From positions 3,410,001 through 3,474,000 of the forward strand of contig NC_043011.1 in NCBI RefSeq assembly GCF_006345805.1: a DNA stretch of 64,000 bases. The letters run 5' to 3'. Positions 11,947 to 24,731 of the stretch are shown here, in pieces (position 1 is the stretch's first letter; every line of letters begins with the position of its first letter). The position numbers and the translations under genes are program-made. Origin of the DNA: Octopus sinensis. Taxonomy: Eukaryota. A model generated the notes under the pieces. That model was not told the DNA's origin. It worked only from the letters and a program-made list of their open reading frames with translations, and did not search any database.

Positions 11947-12157
11947 ACTCTTTACACTTTTACTTGTTTCAGTCATTTGACTGTGGCCATGCTGGAGCAC
12001 CGCCTTTAGTCGAGCAAATCAACCCCGGGACTTATTCTTTGTAAGCCCAGTACTTATTCTATCGGTCCCTTTTGCCGAACTGCTAAGTGACGGGGATGTA
12101 AACACACCAGCATCGGTTGTCAAGCAATGCTAGGGGGACAAACACAGACACACAAAC

Positions 12158-12192
<35 letters not shown>

Positions 12193-12363
12193 CATATATA
12201 CGACAGGCTTCTTTCAGTTTCTGTCTACCAAATCCACTCACAAGGCATTGGTCGGCACAGGGCTATAGCAGAAGACACTTGCCCAAGATGCCACGCAGTG
12301 GGACTGAACCCAGAACCATGTGGTTGGTTAGCAAGCTACTTACCACACAGCCACTCCTGCACC
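11947..12363 (-). mobile_element. SINE family A, young full-length copy
   Basis: Near-identical to 7205-7621. Confidence 0.93.
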
Positions 12364-12611
12364 TATTTTATTTTACAAATAATACTTAACCCAATTAACC
12401 TATTATTTTGTTGTCTTTACATCCATCATTACACCTCATTATCACCCCACTTTTCTTCAGCACCTCCTGGATCTTTCCACCTATCCTCCAAGGGGGCAGT
12501 ATCGCTCACTTTAGGAACCACTGTCCTAATCCCTTTTGCCAAACACATCCTTGCTACACTGACTACTCTCATGCATCTACCATTATATCTATCCTTGTTT
12601 GTTCCTTCTCA

Positions 12612-12678
12612 AGATTCGAACCCATGATCCCTCGACCGCGAGTCCATTGCTCTAACCACTAGGCCATGTGCCTCCACA
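12612..12678 (-). mobile_element. SINE family C tRNA-like head fragment
   Basis: Minus strand GTGGAGGCACATGGCCTAGTGGTTAGAGCAATGGACTCGCGGTCGAGGGATCATGGGTTCGAATC resembles the head at 27724. Confidence 0.7.
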
Positions 12679-13079
12679 TATCTATCCTTCACACTGTAGC
12701 ATAGCATTCCAATCCTAAATCACTCTCTATTCAAAAATGGAACTAGTAACATCCTTTATCCTTTGCCTTGGATTATCATCAAATCTTCACCTATAGAATT
12801 GCTAATGGATTTTTATCTTTTACCTATAACTTTATAACTTTATAATGTCTTTGATCATGGAACTACCAAACAACATATACTTTTCGTTCTGATCCTTTCT
12901 TTATTTCTTGAAGTACAAATATCCTCAATTAGGGATATTTTTCATTTCTATAATTTCTGACTTCTCTCTCTCCAATGACGTAATACATAGCTTAAGGAAT
13001 CCTTACTCAATATAATGATCCACATTAAGACAACAAGTTGGCAAAATCATTATCACACTGAACAAAATGCATCACGCAT

Positions 13080-13240
13080 CTTATCCGTCTTTATATCCTG
13101 AGTTTAAATTCTACCATGGTTGATTTCCTCTTTCATCCTTTTAGGGTCAATAAAATAAGTACCAGTTGAAATCTGGGGTTGATGTAATTGACTTACCTTT
13201 TTCCTCAAAGTTGCTGGCCTTGTGCTAAAATTTGAAACCA
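13080..13240 (+). mobile_element. SINE family B, old diverged copy
   Basis: CTGAGTTTAAATTC..TTTCATCCTTTTAGGGTCAATAAAATAAGTACCAG core. Confidence 0.65.
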
Positions 13241-13797
13241 GTATCATGATCCATATGCTTGGCTATCCTAGAAACAGCTGTAAGAAACAACCTTTTTATC
13301 ATAAGTATTCTGCACTATGTTGCATTCATTAGTGACATTAAAAAGAACATATTTTCATCTTTTTTAACACTTGATGTATACAAAATGTATTCATTTATGC
13401 ATAATGTGTTGGCAAGAAAAAGCATAGATATATGTCTAAGGAGAACAAATATATATATGCTTATATTAATATGTATGCCTTGATTTGTTTTCCATTCAGT
13501 TAAATTCACTGCATCACTTATATCCCTATACTTTCTGACTTATTATCTGTCGCTCACCTCACCTATTTGTGAACTTACCTGAATCCCTGTCCTTTTCCCC
13601 ACTTACTTGTTTCTCCCTCACAATTCACCTTTACATTCACTCTCTTGTGTCTTGAGTGCATGCCCTAACATCTCATCTCCATCATCTTCACCTTTCCAAC
13701 TGGGGTGGCCATAACTGGGGTGGCAAGACACATGTCCATATCCCTCTGTCGCATTCTTACTTCTCAGCACTTGGCATAAGCCTCTCTATGCAATTCT

Positions 13798-13994
13798 CGG
13801 GCGAACTGCATAGCCGTATTTCGTCTGCCGTTACGTTCTGAGTTCAAATTCCGCCGAGGTCGACTTTGCCTTTCATCCTTTCGGGGTCGATAAATTAGGT
13901 ACCAGTTATGCACTGGGGTTGATGTAATCGACTTAATCTGTTTGTCTGTCCTTGTTTGTCTCCGTGTTTAGCCCCTTGTGGGTAATAAAGAAAC
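13798..13994 (+). mobile_element. SINE family B, young, 5'-clipped
   Basis: TTCAAATTCCGCCGAGGTCGACTTTGCCTTTCATCCTTTCGGGGTCGAT core and TTTAGCCCCTTGTGGG..AAAGAAA end. Confidence 0.9.
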
Positions 13995-14034
13995 ATATCT
14001 TGAAAGCTACTTCATAACCCCGCTAGTGCTGGGG

Positions 14035-14210
14035 ACATGGAAAGGCATCAAGTACACTCTGTGAACTGTTTGATGTTAGGAAGAGCATCCAGCCATGGAA
14101 CTATTACCAAAGCAGACATTGGAACTCAGTGCAGTTCTTTGACCTGTTTGATCCTGCTAAATCATCCAGCCCATGCCAGCATCGACAACTGATGCTAAAT
14201 GATGATGAAG
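14035..14210 (+). mobile_element. 3'UTR fragment related to the RTE LINE
   Basis: GTTAGGAAGAGCATCCAGC..CCCATGCCAGCAT..AAATGATGATGA resembles the 3' terminus of the 2128-5498 element. Confidence 0.65.
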
Positions 14211-14890
14211 TGAGCAACCAGAACCATTACAGAAGCGGAAAAATTGCCTTACAATATTTGTACCACTTCTTTACCTTCTAAATTTAAATCCTGCTAAATC
14301 ATCTTTGGTTTTCATCCTTTTGGAGTTGATAAAATCAAATACTAGGAAAATATTGAGGTCAATAGAATTGACTAACCTTCTCTACTTAAAATTGCTGGCT
14401 TTGTGCCTAAATCAGAACCCATTACATTTTACCTCTAAATTTGATAAAATTCAATTTAATATATTCAAATCTATCAAATACTTTTGAAAACTTCGTAGGA
14501 AAATTATATTTATGTTGTATTTGTGAGATACATTCTTCTGTTGTTGTTGCTATTCTGTTGTTGTTGTTGTTGTTGTTACTGTATGGCTGCAGACAGCTTG
14601 CACATCAAGTTCAATGCATCCAATTAAATTCAAGCAATTAAGGTATATTAGTTAAATAACGCAAGTACGTGATTTACAGATGCGGAAAAATTGTGTCTAA
14701 ATTGAATCTAATAATAAGGAATTTGCTGAATAGAAATCCTCTGTTTTCCTAATATAATATAATGATATATTTTCTGACATTATTTTCAGTATATAAACAA
14801 TGATATTATTGATATTATCTTAAAGCAAGCAAGGTGCACAGCATTTCAGTCACACTCACACATGCATATATATATATATATATATATATA

Positions 14891-15101
14891 TACTCTTTTA
14901 CTCTTTTACTTGTTTCAGTCATTTGACTGTGGCCATGCTGAAGCACCACCTTTAGTCGAGCAAATCGACCCCGGGACTTATTCTTTGTAAGCCCAGTACT
15001 TATTCTATCGGTCTCTTTTGCCGAACCGCTAAGTGACGGGGAGGTAAACACACCAGCATCGGTTGTCAAGCAATGCTAGGGGGACAAACACAGACACACA
15101 A

Positions 15102-15154
<53 letters not shown>

Positions 15155-15319
15155 TACGACAGGCCTCTTTCAGTTTCCGTCTACCAAATCCACTCACAAG
15201 GCATTGGTCGGCCAGGGGCTATAGCAGAAGACACTTGCCCAAGATGCCACACAGTGGGACTGAACCAGGAACCATGTGGTTGGTTAGCAAGCTACTTACA
15301 ACACAGCCACTCCTGCGCC
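14891..15319 (-). mobile_element. SINE family A, young full-length copy
   Basis: Near-identical to 7205-7621. Confidence 0.93.
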
Positions 15320-15539
15320 ATATATATATAAAGCTGTATAATAATATATCATAATAATATATATTCTCTGATTTGATGCACCAATTTTTAATACAAACAA
15401 ATGACAAAAAAATGATGAGCTAACTCTTTAACCAATTTCAGATCAAAAGCTGTGGTCATGCTGGAGATTCACCGTTGGTTTTACAACACTTTCATTATTT
15501 GAAACCCCCTCTGATACGTGGCGTTTAGAGAATGTACGA

Positions 15540-18090
15540 GTTTGGTGCCGTTGCCCTCATCTATATCTCCTGCCATGAGGTAGGTTCATTGAGAACCCTT
15601 GACAAGGGGAGCTCCAGTTTCGTTTTGAAGACACCTACATACACAGAATGCTGACTTTTCAGGCATTTGGAAGAATACTAAAGAGCTGTGGGCACTTGAA
15701 ATCCAAACTGTTGCAGTATCTGGTCCTATATTTTGATGACGATGTTGGGATCCTTGGCACAGTGAAGTGGTGCCCCATTCTGCTGTTTGTGTAACTTTCA
15801 ATGCCAAATTTTGGTATAAGTCCTTCTAGGATCTTCCAGATGTACATCATTGCATATCTTTCTCACCTTCGTTCTAGGGCGTAAAGTCTTAACTTTTTCA
15901 GCCTTTCCCAGAAGCCAACATGTTGCAGTAAGATGATTTTCTTTGTGTAGCTTTGCTGGATTGCTTCAAGTTCCATTATTAATTTTACATTGTGGTGACC
16001 ATATTTGGGAGCAGTAGTCAATGTGACTGAGGATATGTGTCTACCAAAGGACTATCAGGGTTTCCTGTTCTCTCATTTTGAATGTTTAGAAGATCCATCC
16101 TGCTACCCATCTGCACTTTATTGCCAAATTAGTAATATACACTTGGAAAGATGAATCATTACTCGTGCCAATGCCCATGTTACACACTGATTTTCATTCA
16201 GGGATTGCAATTCCTCCTGGGCCAGTGTATCCTGTCTACATTTCCTTCAGCTTTGTGTGCTTGTAGTAAAAGGCTTGGAATTTTCCAGCATTAAACTGCA
16301 AGTTTTTGTCCTCAGCCCACTTGTTCAATGCATCCAACTCCAGTTGCACATGTGCAATATTTCCAGGATTCTGTATCCTCTGAGAGACTTTTGTGTCATC
16401 TGCATATCTAGAAAGGGTGGCTATCTGAGCAGCTGAGGGCATGTTTGTGAGGACCACTATGAAAAGCAGCTGTATGACACTGCCCTGTGGAACACCACAT
16501 ACTATTTGTTTCCTTTAAGGTGGCTTCATTGGCCACCACTACCTGACTTCTATCTTTTAGGAAGTTGTGTAGCCACTCTCCAAGTTTTCTCATTATGCCA
16601 AGAACATGCCATACCCTGGTCGACTTTATCAAAGGCTTTTGCAAAGTTGAGATATATCATGTCCACGTTTGAGTTGTTGAGCAGCTGCTTTAACACCCAG
16701 TCATAATGCTGTAAGTGCTGTGTTAAGAAACTTCTACCTGGTCAAAAACTGTGCTGGGTGTCAGTCAGCAAGTCATTTTCTTCAAGGAATACAATTCATT
16801 CCATCAACTTTGCTGATGTGTGAGGTCAGAGAGATAAGCCAGTAATGTTTAGCATCTGCTCTGATTCCTCCCTTGTGGAAATAGCATATTATTCCCCGCT
16901 TCAATTTGTGTGGGAGCTTACCACTTGCAAAGAAGCTCTGCAAAAGAAGTGCAGTGCTTTTGCAAGGGCTCATTTGCATCTTGAGAAGGATTGCAGGGAA
17001 TTCATCTGGGCCAGCAGCTGCTGAGTTTGTGCCTACCTCATTTATGGCCAGTATTACATCTTCTTTAATGTCAGTATAATTAATTATTATCACCTCTTTG
17101 ATTACAGATAAAGTAGCAAAGAAATTTGCTGGTTTGTTCACATGCCTGTGTTCCAAAGGGGTAGTGATCATGCTTTTGAATTGTTCATTTAGTGTTTTAC
17201 ATACCCTCATTGGGCTTCTTGTGGGGGAGCCATTCTTTTGGAAGAGGGACCCTATCTTGTAATGTACTGATGTTTCTTTGGCAAAGTTAAAGAAAGCTTT
17301 AGGGTTTGATATTTTCTATAATCCAAACCTCCTTATCTACTCTCTTTTCTTCATGGGATTGATGTAGTCTTTTCTCAATCTCCAAGTACAAGAAAAAATT
17401 TTTGTTCAGCTGCCACTCGTTAGATGAGGCTGGTTGGCTGTTGGGGCATACGCTACGTCTACATATCGTCTTTAAGAAATAGACAGTGTGCATTCTTTCC
17501 CCTTTGGTGCTTTCTATTTGTCTGCTTCCTGAGAAAGAACTTTGTTTTAGGCCCATGCAGTTTTGGTAAGGCTTCTGGTGGACAAAACAGCAGTTTGTAC
17601 TGTCATCGTGCCAGCAGTTAGTTTCCTTGCAGGTAAAATCTGCATATATTTTCCTTTACACCTTGCCATTCCTTGTTTCAGAGAGCTTTTGTTTTATCAT
17701 TTATAAGATTTTATTTTCTTTCTTTGGCTGTCAACTATGGGAGGTGGGGCAGGGCCAGTATCAGTGTTTCTTTCATTTGCAAGTTTCTCAGTCGTTGCTT
17801 TGGCTTTGTTCTTTTGGGGGTCTTCTGGGCCAAGGAGGCTTTTCTATTCTTTTTTTACTTTCTCCATCTTTGTTGCAATCAGTTCCCAGAATGGCATCAA
17901 GGGTGTCAATATGTGGTCTAATGAGAGCATAAGAACAGAGGAATTCAAGTTCCCTCAGCTCTATCTGGGCTGTGATTAAGGTGAAACTATTACTCTTAGT
18001 GCCATCGCGATGATGTTGTTTGGGGCATTACTGTCAGAAATTTTCCAGGCCCACAGAAACAATTGCAGCTCCTTGATTGACTAATTTTGC
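15540..18090 (-). mobile_element. CR1/L2-like LINE ORF2 relic (RT), multiple frameshifts
   Basis: AAAGPDEFPAILLK, YWLISLTSHISK, FAKAFDKVDH, GVPQGSV and RYADDTK recoverable across frames in ORFs 16782-17210, 16408-16644 and 16236-16457; C-terminal MYIWKILEGLIP in 15659-15850. Confidence 0.88.
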
Positions 18091-18578
18091 AACTGAGAGG
18101 AGAGAGAGAGAGAGAGATAGAAAAAGAAAGAAATATGAAAGGGGAAGAGAGAACGAGAAAAATAGAGAGAAGAAAGAGAGAGAGAAATGGGAGGAGTGTA
18201 TAAGTATGAACCTGCAGATATGTGTGCGTATGTATACACAAACATAAACTTTATAGGAAGAGAGAGGTAAAGGGAAAAGAAGCAAGGGGAAGAGAAAAGA
18301 GATTAAGAGAAACTCATACCTATATATTCATGTATATATACATACATACATGCACACATGAACATGTGGACATGTGTATGCGTGTGCATGAATATACCTA
18401 TAAATATGTTTTATAGATATATTCATATGCATGTGCATACATATAAAGGCTCTCACACATGCATGTAAAGGGGATTGATAGACAGAGAGGCAGAGAGACA
18501 GACAGATCAGTATAATGTATGTATAGAGAGACAAAGATACAATGATGGGAACTGACTCAACACCGGATATGTTATGCT

Positions 18579-18873
18579 CAGGGGTTCTCAACCATTCTTT
18601 ATCTATGGAACCCCATAGCCATTCAATGCTTATAGAAACTTCATTCAAAATTCTTATTTTGCTTTTCATTCATTAACTTGTGTAGGTTGAACGTTAGAGA
18701 AAGAAACCTAATTGTATCTTGCAATGAATAGCAAAACATACAGCTAATGCAAAATTTCTTCAGGGGCTCTTAAAATACTATTGTGGATCTCATATCTACT
18801 ATTTTGTTGTATGGATCCCAGAAATCTTACATGGACCCTCAGGGGCGATATGGACCCCAATTGAGAACCACTG
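18579..18873. mobile_element. hAT-type MITE
   Basis: TIRs CAGGGGTTCTCAA / TTGAGAACCACTG; flanks GTTATGCT and ATTATGAT look like a decayed 8-bp TSD. Confidence 0.75.
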
Positions 18874-19284
18874 ATTATGATAAAGATAAGATTATCAGCA
18901 GGAAAGACGATACTAAACTTTGTTTTTCTCACTTTGCCTCACAACTGGCTAGGTTGGAAACGAAATTGAATGAAATTCTCCACTCTTGAATACTTGGCTC
19001 CAGTGATCTGGATGTGTGTGATTTTTCACTAAGAAAACATAAACAAAACTTCCTATTAAAGCAATTCTTGTATTTGGTATTTTGAGCAAGAAATTGCAGT
19101 CTTCGGGAGTGTAATTTCTCAGAGAAATGAGAAATGTATGGTCAATGCAGTTAAGTCGTTTCTACTCAAACCACATTTTGAGTCAGTTTTGATATTTTGA
19201 TGTCAGAAAAGTTTTCTTTATAACTGCATACAGGCTGATCAAATTAGAAATTTTCTTTTTAAATACAGTGTCCTAGTCATGATA

Positions 19285-19673
19285 TCTTTATATATAAAAG
19301 TGAGGTTGTGTGCTGTCTGTCTCCTACGATTTAGATTCCTAACTACTCCCACATTTTGCGGTGCAGTTTAACCAAAAGTGGGTATCTTATAGTTGTTATT
19401 CATATCGAGCCCTTCTGGGTATTAGCGCGCATCTACAATGAATCTACGATTTAAAAAAAAACTTACCATAATTTTTTTCCATTTTAATACATTTTTTTCG
19501 CTATTATATAAGGGAAGTAACTCTCTAAAAATGTCTACGATGAGTCAACGAATTTTTAAAAAATTTACCATCATTTTTTTTCCATTTTTTCTATTTTTTG
19601 GCTATAACTCTCTAAAAATGCTTATATAGTTATTTCCCTTACAAACCCGAGCAACGCCAGGCGATACTGCTAG
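19285..19673 (+). mobile_element. Non-autonomous Helitron
   Basis: A|TC start, subterminal hairpin CCCGAGCAACGCCAGG, CTAG|T end, no TSD. Confidence 0.88.
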
Positions 19674-20234
19674 TATGATATATTTAAACCAGAGATCACT
19701 TCCCTTTTAGTTGCTTTGATCTAATTTGGAGGTTCTCAAATGTTTTCAGGTGCTTATTTTCAAACGTTCTAACACACCTGTGCCAGGTAAGGTAGATATG
19801 GAGAGGTACCAAAGGTCTGAAGAGAAGGTTTAGGAGAGATGAGGGTCCCAGACAGAACGAAGTTCAGTCCGGCAGGATGAAACTGGGGTCACCACGTGAG
19901 TGTATGTTATAAATGGTTCCAATGTACAGAGGACAAAGACAAGTGATGGAACAATCAGGTGTATTAGTTTGATGCTTAGGAAGAATGGAGAAGTCTTTGA
20001 CATTTTAAAGTTGCATTAGTCAACAAAAAGGAATGAGATGGAAAACAAGAAAATTGCAGCAAAGTTGCATGATAGTGTTGTGAGACATGGCATGCAGGCC
20101 ATCATATAACTGGTTTGGCATTCTGCTTTTATTTTTCTCTTCTGTTTTACGAATTCAATGTGCATTCAATGTGCACATGCACATTGCATGTTCATACTTC
20201 ATTTTCTGGTTCCTACAGAAAATTATTTTACGGA

Positions 20235-20300
20235 TCACAATCATCATCATCATCATCATCATCGTTTAGCGTCCGTTTTCCATGCTAGCATGGGTTAATC
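20235..20300 (-). mobile_element. RTE 3'-terminal fragment with (GAT)n tail
   Basis: (CAT)n-CGTTTAGCGTCCGTTTTCCATGCTAGCATGGGTT resembles 2128-2180. Confidence 0.75.
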
Positions 20301-21172
20301 ATCTCACAAATTTGTGTTCGTGAAGAGTTCTTCATGTTCCGAGGTTAACATGTGTGGAGGTTAACAGCTTAACATGATGGAAGAAAGAGGAAATTGGAAG
20401 AAAGAGGCCAAGTGATGAGGAGATAAGAGTGACCTGGCTGAGCTGGGGTGTGCAAGTATGTATGTAAGAATAGAGTTTGTGAGTGTGTGTGTGGGGGGAA
20501 CAAGCTTAGAATTATGCGAGCCTGTGTGTATGTGTGTGTGGGAGTGTGTATAGGAGTGTGTGAGTGTGTGTGTGTATAAGTAAACCAGTGTGTGTGTTAT
20601 GTGCTCCATATATTTATGTGTATGTATATGTGGACATGTGTATTTGCGTGGCAGTGTGAGAGATTGTAGGTAGTGTGTGTGTGTGTGCAAATGCTTGAGT
20701 GTAGCAATTAATGTGTGTTTGTGCGAGTAGTGTGTACATGTGTGTGTGTTTGTACATGATGTGTGTGTGTGGCCTTATAGTGTGCACACACAAGCTCACA
20801 TAATTTTAAGCCTGCCCACACATATATACACATGCTTGCCCCATTCACATGTACACATTCACACCATTCTTACATACACGCACTTGTGCACTCCAATTCA
20901 AACTGGTCACTGTTATCTCCCCTTCACTTGGCCTTGTCCAGTCATTTCATCATGTTAAACCGTTAATCCCAATGCATTGTTTCTCTATCCATTTTTTACC
21001 TCTCATCCCTTTCTGTCAAAGGGCATAGGCTCAAAATGTCAAAACTTTTCCTTTCTTTTGGAGTATCAAACTAATACACCTGCTTGTTGTTTTCTCGCCT
21101 GTCTTCTGTACATTTGAACCATATATATACATATATATACATACATATATATATATATATATAATATATATA

Positions 21173-21221
<49 letters not shown>

Positions 21222-21429
21222 CAAAATAAGAAAATGGAGAAATACATCTAAATCAATTATCAACTACCAGATAATTACCCAATCACATAATTTATTAAAC
21301 CACTACATATGAACACTAAGGTCAAACATATTAATATAGAACAAAACAGTGTACATGAAGGAGTAATATGGTACAATAAGTACAGTATGTATAAGAGAAT
21401 ATAAAAATATAAATATAAATATAAACTAC

Positions 21430-21556
21430 ATCTTACAGCTGTTTCGGCCATGCAGATATGGGTGTCTCATTTTGCTCATATTAGCCATGTGTGATAGGTC
21501 AATATGTAGTTATAAATGAGACACTTACAAAAATATCCCAAGGCCTCTTCGGAGAT
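21430..21556 (-). ncRNA. Type-I hammerhead ribozyme candidate with extended stem II (C3-G8, U4C)
   Basis: Minus strand AUCU CCGAAGA GGCC [insert with GUGUCUCAUUU/AAAUGAGACAC helix] GGCC GAAA CAGCUG UA AGAU. Confidence 0.65.
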
Positions 21557-21580
21557 TATGAAATACAAACTAAATTAACA

Positions 21581-21957
21581 GATTAAGGTTCAGAAAATGG
21601 AGATGTAATATTAATGTAATTTATTAACTGTAAAAATTCAACATGGTCTCATACAGCTGTTTCGATTTTGCCCAAAGAATTGAATTCCAGTGATTAAAAC
21701 ATTTTATTGGGCAAAATCTCGTCAGAGGAATAGAAAAGACATACGGTTAGGTAATTAGATGCTCTAGAAGAATAACATCTAATAATTTAACTGTATGTCT
21801 TTTCGATTCCTCTGATGAGATTTTGCCCGATAAAATGTTTTAATCACTAGAATTTAATTCTTTGGGCAAAAATCAAAACAGATGAAAGAGAACATGTTGA
21901 ATTTTTGCAGTTAATAAATTATATTAATGCTACATCTCCATTTTCTGAATCTTAATT
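21581..21957. repeat. Fold-back inverted repeat, arms about 180 bp, 14-nt loop
   Basis: 21581-21761 is the reverse complement of 21776-21957; each arm holds a hammerhead-like motif. Confidence 0.92.
21646..21731 (-). ncRNA. Type-I hammerhead ribozyme candidate, canonical core, imperfect stem I
   Basis: Minus strand CUGACGA GAUUUUGCCC..GGGCAAAAUC GAAA CAGCUG UA (10-bp stem II). The mirror copy at 21807-21890 (+) has GAAA decayed to AAAA. Confidence 0.65.
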
Positions 21958-22097
21958 TGAATATTTATTTGTATGAGGAATACTATTATTCACAAAAACA
22001 TAATAGGCAACAAACCAGAAATTCATCGGGTATTTTTTATCCCTTAATGAGGATATTTTACCTCTGTTTAAACTTATATATACATATGTATATATAT

Positions 22098-22260
22098 AAA
22101 CAATTGCAGCATGGAAGGTGTTTGTAAGCCATTTAAGAAACACACAAAAGCCGTTCGATTCACTTCAACATTTAAGTTTAATTTGTCAAAATATTTTTGT
22201 CGCTTTAAGACCGCGACCTGTTCACTGACAAAACTCCGTATGCAAGTACATCTCCGTAAT
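22098..22260 (-). mobile_element. Dispersed repeat carrying a G3-C8 hammerhead-like motif at 22182-22232; same family as 40543-40881
   Basis: Colinear with both arms of the 40.6-40.9 kb fold-back; GAAA is AAAA in this copy. Confidence 0.75.
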
Positions 22261-22489
22261 ATATATATATGCATGTATGTATGTATGTATGTATGTGTAT
22301 GTATGTATGTATGTATGTATGTATGTATGTATGTATGTATTTATGTATGTATGTATGTTTGTATGTATGTGCGTGTGTGTATGTATGTATGTATGTATGT
22401 ATGTATGTATGTATGTATTTATGTATGTATGTATGTTTGTATGTATGTGCGTGTGTGTATGTATGTATGTATGTATGTATGTATGTCTC

Positions 22490-22520
<31 letters not shown>

Positions 22521-22570
22521 ATGTATGTATGTGTGTGTGTGCATATATATGCACACACACATACACACAC
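22261..22570. repeat. (TATG)n array of about 310 bp with an internal higher-order duplication
   Basis: The interrupted block TATTTATGTATGTATGTATGTTTGTATGTATGTGCGTGTGT occurs twice. Confidence 0.92.
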
Positions 22571-23510
22571 AAACACACATACGTATTCTTGTATAAATAT
22601 GTTTTGTGGCATAATGTGTAATGTTTTGCAATAAATCCATGTTGCGAATGCATGGAAGAATTGGCAGAACATGAGAGAAAGGAAGCATATATAAATAATG
22701 GTAGAATAAATGTAATTATGGTAAAGAGGTGAAGAAAACGTTTTCTGGGATGGTTGAGGTGGACAGTAGCAAGAATAAGTGATAGATTGAAAATGAGAAG
22801 AAGCCTGAGGAAGATGGAATGATGACAGAAAGAAGGTGAGCGTAGGGTGTATTGCATAGAAACAGGTCCAGTGCAGTGTTTTATACATAGGCCCTGTGAT
22901 GGGCAAGAGAAGTTGAGTGATGAAGATAGGGATTTAGATGCAGACACTTTCCTTATCATCCATCATAAAAACAAGTGACAAGTTTTATGGGAGATGATTA
23001 ATGAGCTTATGAGTATGTTAAACAGTTTCTGTGGTGTGTGTCACACTTTTGTTGGCAGCTATTAACAATGTTATTAACACTTTCCATAATTATTAGCAAC
23101 TCGTCATTATTTATCCCTAAATTAATATCAGTTGTATTAAGACTACACTCACTCCCATTCTATCTCCTTTCCTTGTCATAAATACACAACCTCCATCATG
23201 TCATTTGTATACACACAGCTCTCTGTGGGGATATTGTCAATTAAACAATTAAATGTTCTGCAGTTCCAAATTTCTCATCGCAACCTCTCAATTATTCTTC
23301 AAATTTCTGTCACCTGTCCACATCTCAATTATATCCTGTTAATTATATTTGTACCTCTCAACTTTTATACTCTCTGTTTTAACGATTGCTTCCATATTAG
23401 TCAAAATTATTTCCCACACTCAATTTTCCACTTTCTTGTCACAAAACCAAATGTGTGTGATATTGATATTGAATTATGCGTAATATATTGCAAGTAATTT
23501 ATTATTGCAT

Positions 23511-23911
23511 TACTCTTTTACTCTTTTACTTGTTTCAGTCATTTGACTGCGGCCATGCTGGAGCACCACCTTTAGTCGAGCAAATCGACCCCGGGACTTA
23601 TTCTTTGTAAGCCCAGTACTTGTTCTATTGGTCTCTTTTGCCGAACCGCTAAGTGACAGGGACGTAAACACACCAGCATCGGTTGTCAAGCAATGCTAGG
23701 GGGACAAACACAGACACACAAACATACACGCACATACATATATATACATATATACGACAGGCTTCTTTCAGTTTCTGTCTACCAAATCTACTCACAAGGC
23801 TTTGGTCGGCGCGGGGCTATAGCAGAAGACACTTGCCCAAGATGCCACGCAGTGGGACTGAACCCGGAACCATGTGGTTGGTTAGCAAGCTACTTACCAC
23901 ACAGCCACTCC
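23511..23911 (-). mobile_element. SINE family A, young copy
   Basis: Near-identical to 7205-7621. Confidence 0.93.
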
Positions 23912-24433
23912 ATTGATGGGGATTTAAAATTAAGATAATCCTCTTTTCATCTGTTGTTTTTGTTCTGAACATAGTAAGATGAATACAAAATAGTTTCACA
24001 GATAAAATGACTGATTGGATAGAGTATAGAGTCATCAACTAGTGGATTATAATTTGTAATTAACGGAAGACGATTTGTGCTTGTTTGGGAACAGAACACT
24101 TTGTCTCTCATTATTTCAGTTCATGTACTTCGAAGATACAAAACAATATTTTCTGTGAAATTTACCTGGAAGAGAAAACTATCTTTTTCAGGGTAAAATT
24201 TGGCAAAAAAATGACTTATGGACTCTTATGGACTCTTGAAATTCACTGTATGTTTAAATGTTTTTACTATTTCTTCCATTTTATTAAAATCAATGCATCA
24301 TATTATAATCCTTCATATGTTTACATGATCTTATCATTCATTGAAGGTAGATTTGCCTTATGAACTCCAGGACAATGCCTCTTTCAGATACACACATACA
24401 TAAAATTCAGTGTGAGACCTAAAGAAAACCTAA

Positions 24434-24731
24434 TCTTTATAAATAAAAGAGAAGTTGTGTGTCTGTCTCCTACAATTTAGATTCCTAACTACTCCCACAT
24501 TTCGTGGTGCAGTGTAACCAAAAGTGGGTATCTTATAGTCGTGATTCATATCGAGCCCTTCTGGGTATTAGCGCACGTCTACGATGAGTCTACGATTTAA
24601 AAAAAAATTTACCATCATTATTTCCCATTTTTAATGCATTTTTTGCTATTATATAAGGGAAGTGACTCTCTAAAAATGCTTATATAGTTATTTCCCTTAC
24701 AAACCCGAGCAACGCCGGGCGATACTGCTAG
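24434..24731 (+). mobile_element. Non-autonomous Helitron, shorter internal variant
   Basis: A|TC start, CCCGAGCAACGCCGGG hairpin, CTAG|T end; same family as 19285-19673. Confidence 0.88.

Noticed and set aside
14598-14642. Short AG..GT bounded candidate exon
   Set aside because: Such pairs are expected by chance; no homology or phase evidence.
22111-22959. Long ORFs (up to 245 aa) such as MYVCMYV.. and HTYIHTY..
   Set aside because: Translations of (TATG)n; the same applies to the IYIY/CVCV ORFs at 1.8-2.3, 5.5-6.2 and 48.2-48.6 kb.
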